The notes beneath the pieces were generated by a model. The model did no database searches. It was not told where the DNA came from and saw only the letters and a list, made by a program, of their open reading frames with translations. From Promethearchaeota archaeon (GTDB lineage Archaea > Asgardarchaeota > Lokiarchaeia > Sigyniarchaeales > SOKP01), in assembly GCA_048939015.1 (NCBI GenBank), contig JBHLPW010000053.1, positions 1 through 32,721 of the forward strand: a stretch of DNA of 32,721 nt, read 5' to 3'. Positions 19,659-27,699 of this stretch are shown here, piece after piece; positions within the stretch are counted from its first letter, which is position 1; each line of letters opens with the position of its first letter. A program made the position numbers and the translations under genes.

Positions 19659-20048
19659 TCAATTTACCTCCACGGTTCCCTCTAAACCATTAACAATAAC
19701 TTTTTGACCAGTTTTTATATTATGGATATCTATTTTATCCACACATGGAATTTCACTTATTATGCACCCAACTGCAACAATAGTATCAACTTCTTTATTA
19801 ATTATTGCAGCAGGAGCCATATTATTCTTTTTCATTCTATACATAGTATAAGATCCTACTGTAGATCCCTTACCAGTTGGGAATACCAAAACTTTTCCAG
19901 CTATAGATTGACCTTCAAGTTCGTGTCCAACCTCGACAACTTTCCCTGTATCAGGATCTACTCCACCATAAAATGAAATTCCATCTTTTGTAACAATCGC
20001 TTCTGCTTCTGCATTGCCTTTATAGATTTTTCTTCCTTGTAATTTCAT
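19659..20048 (-). CDS. Aconitase X swivel subunit (DUF126), phosphomevalonate dehydratase small subunit
   Basis: ISFYGGVDPDTG and PTGKGSTVGSY. ATG 20048 overlaps the upstream TGA (ATGA), so it is preferred over 20069. Confidence 0.9.
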   Translation of the reverse strand: MKLQGRKIYKGNAEAEAIVTKDGISFYGGVDPDTGKVVEVGHELEGQSIAGKVLVFPTGKGSTVGSYTMYRMKKNNMAPAAIINKEVDTIVAVGCIISEIPCVDKIDIHNIKTGQKVIVNGLEGTVEVN

Positions 20049-21238
20049 CTTATTGCTTCCTCCACACATTCTTCAACTGATCCAATTTTAACTTTAAATT
20101 TATTTTTTGCTCGACCATAATAACAAGCCTTTGCTGAATCAACCATTATTCCTTTGAAACGTCCCTTAATTGGAGCAACAACACAGCAAGTATCTGCTGC
20201 AAATTTTGCCCCTGTATCTTCAATTATTTTTGAATAGCCCACTTCATCAGCAATTCTTTTAGTTGGTCGAGCAGTTGTAATCCAAAATTCTTTCTTTACT
20301 CTTTTTCCTTTTAATAAATTCGCTATCTGAGCAATTTCATGTATTGAAGCATGAGGACAGCCTATACTTACAAAATCTATATCAGCATCATCATCAATAA
20401 GTTCCAATCGTGTCTTTTCAAGTTCTTCTTGATTAATTTTAATAATTATTTCACTTGGTTTAGCATATTTATTATATTCAGGAGTTATTCCCTCCATATG
20501 GAATAAAGCTGTTCCTCCATAAGTCGCAATAGATGCACAAAATGACTTGAGTTCTTCAATAGTAGCATTAGAAATTCCCTCTATATATGGTATTTTCTTA
20601 CCTAGTTTACCTAATGTATCCCCAATTATTTTACCTAGTATCCCAAATTCGTTTGTTCCATTAATGGAAGCATTTACTTTAATTAAAACTTCCCCATGGC
20701 GATTTTTTTCCAAATGATAGCCATAATTTGGGGTTTTTCCTGTGATAGCTGAGGCTAAAGCACTTGGACCCCCTTCACGATTAGTTCGAGCGCCAATTAC
20801 TGAATTAGCATAACAAACAGCACTACTTTCTGCCCAAGCAATATGTTGTCCAAAATGTGGAGTATTTCCCATTAAATATGGTGTACAAGAACAAGTTGTA
20901 ATTATACCCATTCTAGCGAAAGCGTCAATTGCTCGATTTTGATTTAATGCAAACTCCTTATCAATTCCCAATGCTTGCCAATTTTCTCGATCCATTCCAG
21001 CAGGATTTAAGGTTGTTAATACTCTTATCTTACCATCCTCTGCCATTTCGTTCAAGAACTCTAAACCTGCTTCACCAAGATTATCATATGAAACTCCTGC
21101 TATTTGAACACTATAAACATCAACCATAGATTCAGCTTCAAATATTTCACCTAACGTGGTCAATATTTCCATTGACTTTCGAGCAGCCTTTCCATACACA
21201 CCTTCAAGCATGTCATTTTCTTCTGATGTTAATTTCAT
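20045..21238 (-). CDS. Aconitase X catalytic subunit (DUF521), phosphomevalonate dehydratase large subunit
   Basis: TTLNP, CSCTPY, AWAESSAVCYANSVIGARTNREG, IGCPH, DTCCVV and DSAKA. AAGGAG lies upstream. Confidence 0.92.
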   Translation of the reverse strand: MKLTSEENDMLEGVYGKAARKSMEILTTLGEIFEAESMVDVYSVQIAGVSYDNLGEAGLEFLNEMAEDGKIRVLTTLNPAGMDRENWQALGIDKEFALNQNRAIDAFARMGIITTCSCTPYLMGNTPHFGQHIAWAESSAVCYANSVIGARTNREGGPSALASAITGKTPNYGYHLEKNRHGEVLIKVNASINGTNEFGILGKIIGDTLGKLGKKIPYIEGISNATIEELKSFCASIATYGGTALFHMEGITPEYNKYAKPSEIIIKINQEELEKTRLELIDDDADIDFVSIGCPHASIHEIAQIANLLKGKRVKKEFWITTARPTKRIADEVGYSKIIEDTGAKFAADTCCVVAPIKGRFKGIMVDSAKACYYGRAKNKFKVKIGSVEECVEEAIR

Positions 21239-21253
21239 TTTTCTCTCCTTATT

Positions 21254-22555
21254 TCAAAAATATTTTTTAATGTCTACTTTTGGAAACTCCGCAATTTCAA
21301 AATTCTTTCCTTTGATAATAAGTGGTTTGGTTAAATCAAAACCTATTTTTGTCGTCATTTTTGTTCCAGGTTCAGCGCTAGGATCCAAACTACTTCCCGG
21401 TTCTTTATCTTTAATTATCATTCTTGTATCTCCTTGAAACCGAGTAGCCATAGCCCATTCTACAGATAAAGGATCATAAATATTAATATCTTTATCAACG
21501 ATGAAAGTATGTTTACAGCTTGTGTGCCCTGCGAATGTTCCTTCTATTGCCTTTCTTCCATCTTCTTCTGATTTTTTATCAATTTTAACTATTGCATGCA
21601 ACCAAGAAGACCCTCCGGGACTAATATTTACGTCTAAACATTTAACACCTGTTTCATTTACTTTATTGAAAATAGTAGGTTCTCTGGGCATACCCATTAA
21701 TATTTTATGTTCAAGTGCTCCAGGTAATAAAGCTTGCCAAATTGCATCTTTTCTATGAGTAATTTTCTTAACTTCAAAGATAGGTTCCTCTCTAATCACA
21801 TCATATGTCTCAGTTAAATCAACGAAAGGGCCTTCAGCGTGTCTTTCTTCAAAATATACGCGTCCTTCTAGCACAAATTCTGATTCTGCTGGTATTATAA
21901 GATCTACAGTTTTTGCCTTTACAACTTTAATTGGTTCTAGTGCATTAGCAATGGTTAATTCATCAACACCGATATCAACAGAAGTAGCTCCAGCAATTAG
22001 TATGTTAGGAGTATTTCCTATACAATAAGCTACATCTACTTCACCATTTTTCTCCAAGAATTTATAGAAATGCCGTCCTTTGACTACTCGGGTTGAGAAT
22101 TTGTCTTTAGAATATTGCATCGCTCGATGAAAATCTAAATTTTGGCCATAATCAGGATCTCTAGAAACCACAACGGCAGAGCTGATATAGTTTCCACCAT
22201 CCTTGTCACAGTGATATAAAATTGGAACTTTATCTAAATTGACATCAGTTTCAACAATTTCTTGAGAAGGAGCATTTGTAATAACTTCTGGTTCTGAGCG
22301 TTCCTTTATTGCTGCTGAGAGCATTGGTATGAGATCTGCGGGAGTAACACCAAAATATGAAGCAATTACATCTTTTGTACAAAATAAATTTCCAATAACA
22401 CGAAATTCTGATTCTTTTATCTTATTAAACATAACTGGGGTTGGTTCAATCTCTTTTAATATTCCCGAGATCTCCAATTTCTTCGACACTTCAATATTAA
22501 CTTTTCGAAGAATACTTTTTTCATCAATTTGATTTATATAATCTCTTAATCCCAT
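21254..22555 (-). CDS. UbiD-family prFMN-dependent decarboxylase, likely trans-anhydromevalonate 5-phosphate decarboxylase
   Basis: DGGNYISS, NLDFHR, EFVLEG, EGPFVD, EH, IVDKDINI, VEWAMATR and GSSLDPS. It is adjacent to AcnX and mvk. ATG 22555 follows GAGTGA, and GTG 22564 is the alternative start. Confidence 0.88.
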   Translation of the reverse strand: MGLRDYINQIDEKSILRKVNIEVSKKLEISGILKEIEPTPVMFNKIKESEFRVIGNLFCTKDVIASYFGVTPADLIPMLSAAIKERSEPEVITNAPSQEIVETDVNLDKVPILYHCDKDGGNYISSAVVVSRDPDYGQNLDFHRAMQYSKDKFSTRVVKGRHFYKFLEKNGEVDVAYCIGNTPNILIAGATSVDIGVDELTIANALEPIKVVKAKTVDLIIPAESEFVLEGRVYFEERHAEGPFVDLTETYDVIREEPIFEVKKITHRKDAIWQALLPGALEHKILMGMPREPTIFNKVNETGVKCLDVNISPGGSSWLHAIVKIDKKSEEDGRKAIEGTFAGHTSCKHTFIVDKDINIYDPLSVEWAMATRFQGDTRMIIKDKEPGSSLDPSAEPGTKMTTKIGFDLTKPLIIKGKNFEIAEFPKVDIKKYF

Positions 22556-22635
22556 AAGTTTCACTCATCTCAATAATTTAATTTGAATTATCTACATTTC
22601 TAATATTTTGAGTTACAGAAACACCTTTTATAAAA

Positions 22636-23916
22636 CTAAAGGTTTTTATTATTAATCATTCTCTTTAAAATTTCTTTCGCATAATCAACTCTAATTTTCT
22701 TGTCCTCAACTAATTTGTTTGCTACTTTTTCAATTAAGTTTTCAGGGACTCCTGCGAGTTTTGCAATATTTTTTGAATGGAGTATCATGTGACCTTTTTG
22801 AATTCCTTCTGCAGCTAATGCTCTCAAAGCAGCAACATTTTGAGCTAAACCAAGAGCCGCAGCAATCTGAGAAAGTTCATTAGCACTTTGTACATTCAAA
22901 ATCTTTAAAACTAATCTAGCTATAGGATGTATTTTAGTCATACCTCCAATAATACCGAGAGCAAGAGGTAATTCTATTTCTCCTACTAAATTTCCATCTG
23001 AGTCAACATTAAATTTGGTTAATGGAGAATATTGTCCATTGATAGAAGCATATGCATGAGCTCCCGCTTCAATTGCTCGAGTGTCATTTCCTGTAGCCAT
23101 TGTTAAAGCAACAATTCCATTCATTATACCTTTATTATGGGTTGTAGCTCTATAAGGATCAGCTAAAGCAAACTCATAGGCATTTAGGATCCCTTCAACA
23201 ACCTCTTCTCCTCCCAGTAATTCCTTATCGAAAGTTGCTGTACTTCTCGCAATCCTATGAGTTGCTAAATTGGATACAATTCTTAGATAAATTTTACCTC
23301 CACATATTTTTTCGATAAATGGACTGATCGCTTCAGCCATTGTGTTTACCACATTTGCTCCCATTGCATCTAAAACATCAACTAATAAGTGAACAATTAA
23401 CATCTCTCCTTTTTTGGTCTTTAACTCTCGAAGTTCAAAATCAAATGCGCCTCCACCTAAATTTTTTAAGAATGGGTCTTTTTCATTTGCTTTTTCTAAA
23501 ATCGTGACTTTATTTTTAAGTAATTCCGCTTTAGCAGATTTTATATCTTTTATGTTAGTTACTTGTATTTGAGAAATCATAACTGATTTAACGTTATCAG
23601 ACTGAAATCCCCCACGTTTTCTCGCTATTTTTGCTGCATTTGAAGCTGCTGCTATAACAGACGGTTCTTCAATAACCATAGGGATTAAATAATCCTTATT
23701 GTTTATTTTAAAATTACAAGCAATCCCCATCGGTAATTGATAGGACCCTACTACATTCTCAACTAAAGTATCGATCTGATTTTCTGTAAAGTATCCTAAA
23801 TTTTCTAAATATTCCATGTCATTTTCATTAAGTTTTATGAGGCTAAATAATAATTCTCTACGTCTTTTCATAGACAATTTATAAAAACCAGAGATCTCGG
23901 AATTATATCCATTCAT
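22636..23916 (-). CDS. mvaA: HMG-CoA reductase, class II
   Basis: ENVVG, EEPSVIAAAS, DAMGAN, DPYRATTHNKGIMNG, GNDTRAIEAGAH and GLAQN...EGIQKGHM. Confidence 0.93.
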   Translation of the reverse strand: MNGYNSEISGFYKLSMKRRRELLFSLIKLNENDMEYLENLGYFTENQIDTLVENVVGSYQLPMGIACNFKINNKDYLIPMVIEEPSVIAAASNAAKIARKRGGFQSDNVKSVMISQIQVTNIKDIKSAKAELLKNKVTILEKANEKDPFLKNLGGGAFDFELRELKTKKGEMLIVHLLVDVLDAMGANVVNTMAEAISPFIEKICGGKIYLRIVSNLATHRIARSTATFDKELLGGEEVVEGILNAYEFALADPYRATTHNKGIMNGIVALTMATGNDTRAIEAGAHAYASINGQYSPLTKFNVDSDGNLVGEIELPLALGIIGGMTKIHPIARLVLKILNVQSANELSQIAAALGLAQNVAALRALAAEGIQKGHMILHSKNIAKLAGVPENLIEKVANKLVEDKKIRVDYAKEILKRMINNKNL

Positions 23917-24042
23917 TTTAAACCATTGATCTTTTAATAGAAATTAATTAATAATATTGAATTTTAACATCTAATACAAAAAATAATTATTATTCGTATT
24001 AATTTATAATTATAAGATTTTTAAATTTACAGTTAAATATCT

Positions 24043-24603
24043 GTGAGATTTTTGATTATTATTGCGATAACTGGAGCTTCTGGTATATCCATTGCAATCA
24101 AATTATTGAAGGTTTTAAAAGAGAAGGAGATTCAAACTGGATTAATTATATCTAAAGCAGCTGAACAAGTACTTTTAAACGAATCCCATATAAAAGTAAT
24201 GGATCTCCAGCAACTTGCTTCAATTTATTATGATATTAACGATTTAACTGCTCCTCCTGCAAGTGGATCATTTATAACTGATGGTATGATCATTGTTCCT
24301 TGCACTATGAAAACGTTAGCCGCTATTGCTAATGGTTTTGCTGATAATTTAATTACTAGAGCTGCAGATGTAACAATAAAAGAAAAACGAAAATTAATTC
24401 TTATTGTAAGAGAAAGTCCGTTGAGTCCTATACATTTAGAAAATATGTTAAAATTGGCAAGATTAGGAGTTATTATAGCACCACCAGTTCCATCTTATTA
24501 CATAGAACCAATATCGGTTGATGAGCTTATTAATCATACGGTGGGAAGAATTCTTGATCAGCTAGGGATAGAAAGTGAAATTAAAAGATGGGGAAATGAT
24601 TAG
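24043..24603 (+). CDS. ubiX: Flavin prenyltransferase
   Basis: AITGASG, ASGS, PCTMKTLAAIANG, NLITRAADVTIKEKR, RESPL and HLENM. Confidence 0.93.
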   Translation: MRFLIIIAITGASGISIAIKLLKVLKEKEIQTGLIISKAAEQVLLNESHIKVMDLQQLASIYYDINDLTAPPASGSFITDGMIIVPCTMKTLAAIANGFADNLITRAADVTIKEKRKLILIVRESPLSPIHLENMLKLARLGVIIAPPVPSYYIEPISVDELINHTVGRILDQLGIESEIKRWGND

Positions 24604-24632
24604 GGAAAATTTTATGTTTGAGTAAAGGTTTT

Positions 24633-26309
24633 TCATTCCAATGGAATGGGAAGATCTTGCGTTTGAATTTTTCTATTTATTAAATATTTTTCTGGAATTG
24701 GTATGTAAATTGGACTCCAATTCAATAATCCTTTTGCGTTGATATCTTCTTCGTTTTCATTCTCAACTCTCCTAATTTCATACTCCAAGGCAGTACCTTT
24801 TGTTACGTTTTTAGCTACCCGGACTAATCCCTCTTTTAAATATTTTAAGTTATTAATGTCTGACTGTGGAATTGGGTCACTTGTCAATTTAGCAAAAAGA
24901 GGGAAAAACTTTTTATGATATCCCGAGTGTCCTTTGGGACAATGATCTAATCCCTTTATATTAGGGATAAGGCACCCTTCATCGCAGAAGTGCAATGTAA
25001 AACCTCTACCATTGTTATTCTCATGTTCTACAATAGAGCCTAATAAGATCTCCGGTATTGTATGACCATTCTTTATTGATTCGTATTCTTGAACACTTTT
25101 TTTTTCCTTTAATTTAATGAAATCATTAATTTGAGGGCCTTTTTGCATGATTTCATTAAAATTCTCTTGAACTTTTAAAAGACCTGAGATACATGTAGCA
25201 CCCGAACCGTATGAACCAAAATAGATAGTATCAAAAGGACGGGCATGGTTTTCAAGCAGGTATATAATTTGAGCCCAAAGTGAAGCGTTATACATATTCC
25301 CAAAGTGCATTGGAACATTTAATTGGGGGAGAATTCTTTCTTTTACATTTGTATTAACCCAATATGAAAATCTTTCTAAAGTAGAAGAAGAGAACCCTCT
25401 TTCTTTTAATTTTAAATAAAGATATTCTGGTAATACAGTTACATCATGTAGAAAATGATCAAGCTTCTTAAGTATAGAGGATCTAATCTTATTTCTTTCA
25501 AATTTAGGTAATTCGTTTATATGTTTTATCCAGCGCTTCAGAATTATTTGTTGCATGGTTTTAAGGGGCAATTTGGAGTAGGGTGCATGAAAAGTGTAAA
25601 AATCTGCATGAAAATCCCCAATGTTTCGAATTAAATCATCGTAAGCTCCAAGTTGGAACTTAATATATGCCTCTTGAGAATATTGACCAAAAGCTCTCGC
25701 ATTTTTATCATTGGGAGGTCTAAAAAAATCATTTACATTTCCTGAAACCTTTCCAAAATTTTTACTAAATTTAGCGATCCTAGGATTTTTTGAGATAACA
25801 AGAGCAATAGCACCAGATCCTTGTGTTGGTTCACCTGGAGATCCAAGATGATATGATGAGATATCCGTGCTTATAATAAGGGCTTTATTTATAATTTCCT
25901 TCTCTACCAATGCTATTGCATTAAGAATAGCTAATGTTCCTCCCGCACATGCATTGTAAATGTCTTGTGTGAGACTATTAGTTGATATTTCTAACATTTC
26001 AGCAAAAATATTTGAGATACTCTTTGCTGCATATACCTCAGTCTCAGTTCCTACAAATAAAGCATCGATAGCTTTAGGAGAGATACCGCCTCTTAGTAAC
26101 GCATTATATCCCGCCTTTAATCCAAGAGATATGATATCTTCATCAATCTCAGCAATTCTTATTTCTTTAGATAAGAGTCCTTTCTCATATTTTTCAGGAT
26201 CAACTTTTCTTTCTAAAGCAAGTTCACGTAAATCGACATATGACCTTGGAGCATAAAAAGCTACAGAATCGATTCCAATTTCAGAAAATAAATAATCATT
26301 AGAAAGCAT
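24633..26309 (-). CDS. HMG-CoA synthase with internal insertion and C-terminal DUF35-like extension
   Basis: Catalytic Glu/Cys/His in GTETE, NACAGG and FHAPY. Also GEPTQGSGA, GNMYNASL and SYGSGA, followed by about 170 further residues. Confidence 0.9.
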   Translation of the reverse strand: MLSNDYLFSEIGIDSVAFYAPRSYVDLRELALERKVDPEKYEKGLLSKEIRIAEIDEDIISLGLKAGYNALLRGGISPKAIDALFVGTETEVYAAKSISNIFAEMLEISTNSLTQDIYNACAGGTLAILNAIALVEKEIINKALIISTDISSYHLGSPGEPTQGSGAIALVISKNPRIAKFSKNFGKVSGNVNDFFRPPNDKNARAFGQYSQEAYIKFQLGAYDDLIRNIGDFHADFYTFHAPYSKLPLKTMQQIILKRWIKHINELPKFERNKIRSSILKKLDHFLHDVTVLPEYLYLKLKERGFSSSTLERFSYWVNTNVKERILPQLNVPMHFGNMYNASLWAQIIYLLENHARPFDTIYFGSYGSGATCISGLLKVQENFNEIMQKGPQINDFIKLKEKKSVQEYESIKNGHTIPEILLGSIVEHENNNGRGFTLHFCDEGCLIPNIKGLDHCPKGHSGYHKKFFPLFAKLTSDPIPQSDINNLKYLKEGLVRVAKNVTKGTALEYEIRRVENENEEDINAKGLLNWSPIYIPIPEKYLINRKIQTQDLPIPLE

Positions 26310-26574
26310 TAAGTGTATCTCTCAGTATATTGATCTTACTTTGTTCTATTTTTCTTTATATAATATTTATTCTTTCAAAAACTTATCTAATTAAATATTA
26401 TTCAAGGAAAAGTTATGATGCTATATAAGTTCTCTGATGATACTACGAATTGTAACGGTTCAAATTCTTATAAGTGGTGAAAGGTGAAGAGTGTTTTTCC
26501 GAAAGACTTTTGTTGAAGAAAATATTTTTCTATCTATAAAATAACTTTAATTTATAGCTATTTTTTGGGATATT

Positions 26575-26712
26575 ATGGAAAAGAAAATATACAGAGCAAG
26601 GCCAATATTGAGTATAGTTGATATTATATTTATTATAACATTTGGTATCTTAGTCATAGGCTCAATCCTAGGTTACCTCTTTGATTATTATGAAAGACTT
26701 GGTAGAGCTTAA
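26575..26712 (+). CDS. Small single-pass membrane protein (45 aa)
   Basis: ATG 26575 to TAA 26712 encodes MEKKIYRARPILSIVDIIFIITFGILVIGSILGYLFDYYERLGRA, with a basic N-terminus and one long hydrophobic helix. Confidence 0.55.
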   Translation: MEKKIYRARPILSIVDIIFIITFGILVIGSILGYLFDYYERLGRA

Positions 26713-26842
26713 ACAATATTTTCTTATATTCATTTTTTGAACAATTTTAATCCTTGAAAAGAACTAATGATTTTTAAGATAAATTTAATATTTTTAATAT
26801 TCATATTAATATTGAAAAGAATACATCATTATAATGGGTTAA

Positions 26843-27580
26843 ATGGTAACTACTTTAGAAGAGTTAAGGAATACAGCAAAGGATAGATTACCTAAACATG
26901 TTGGTTTAATAATCGATGGAAATCGTCGATGGGCAAAAAAAAGGAACCTAGATATTAATTTTGGTCACTTAATTGGATATGAAAATCTTAAAAAAAGATT
27001 ATTTGACTTTTTTGATATAGGAATCCACTACTTAAGTTTATATATTCTATCATTAGAGAATGTAAAAAAGCGTACTAATGAAGAACTTAAATATATTTAT
27101 AAGATTATGGTTAAAGCGGTTGATACTGTTATAAATGAATCAATTGTAAAAGAAGAAAAGGTCAGATTCAACGTTATTGGCAGGATTTCAATGCTGCCGG
27201 AAAAAGCACGTAGAAAATTAGAAGAACTAATCGAATTCACCAAAAATCATGATCAAAATTTCATTAATCTCTGCATTATGTATGATGGACATGAAGAGAT
27301 TGTGGATGCTGTAAAAAAAATTGTTAGCAACGGGATCAAATCCGAAGAAGTAAACGTAGATTTAATTAAAGCTCACCTTTATACAAAAGATTTTCCTCCC
27401 TTAGATTATATCATTAGAACAGGAATGGATGATGGAGCAAGAATTTCTGGCTTTTTGTTATGGGATTCCTCTTATGCAGAATTTAAATTTAGAAATGATT
27501 TCTGGCCGGATTATAACAAAGAAATGGTAATTGAGGATTTAGAAGATTATTTAAAAAGAAATCGACGAATGGGAAAATAG
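26843..27580 (+). CDS. uppS: Cis-prenyltransferase (undecaprenyl/dehydrodolichyl diphosphate synthase)
   Basis: HVGLIIDGNRRWA, SLEN, IIRTG...RISGFLLW, WPD and C-terminal RRMGK. Confidence 0.93.
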   Translation: MVTTLEELRNTAKDRLPKHVGLIIDGNRRWAKKRNLDINFGHLIGYENLKKRLFDFFDIGIHYLSLYILSLENVKKRTNEELKYIYKIMVKAVDTVINESIVKEEKVRFNVIGRISMLPEKARRKLEELIEFTKNHDQNFINLCIMYDGHEEIVDAVKKIVSNGIKSEEVNVDLIKAHLYTKDFPPLDYIIRTGMDDGARISGFLLWDSSYAEFKFRNDFWPDYNKEMVIEDLEDYLKRNRRMGK

Positions 27581-27699
27581 GTCATTTTTCTTCTTTATCT
27601 TTTAACTCCAAAATAAATAAACCATCAATAAATGTTAAACCTAAAAATTAATGAGATATTTAGAATTAGTAGTCACAACTTAAAAAAAACATTTGAATT

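Noticed and set aside
21254-24603. UbiD/UbiX as ubiquinone biosynthesis or aromatic acid decarboxylation genes
   Set aside because: No other ubi genes are present, and linkage to AcnX, mvk and hmgR points to the archaeal mevalonate pathway.
26410-26520. Possible C/D box sRNA or TGA-containing selenoprotein ORF (ATGATG...CTGATGA...)
   Set aside because: There is no terminal CTGA D box at the expected distance, and the readthrough peptide has no selenoprotein motif.
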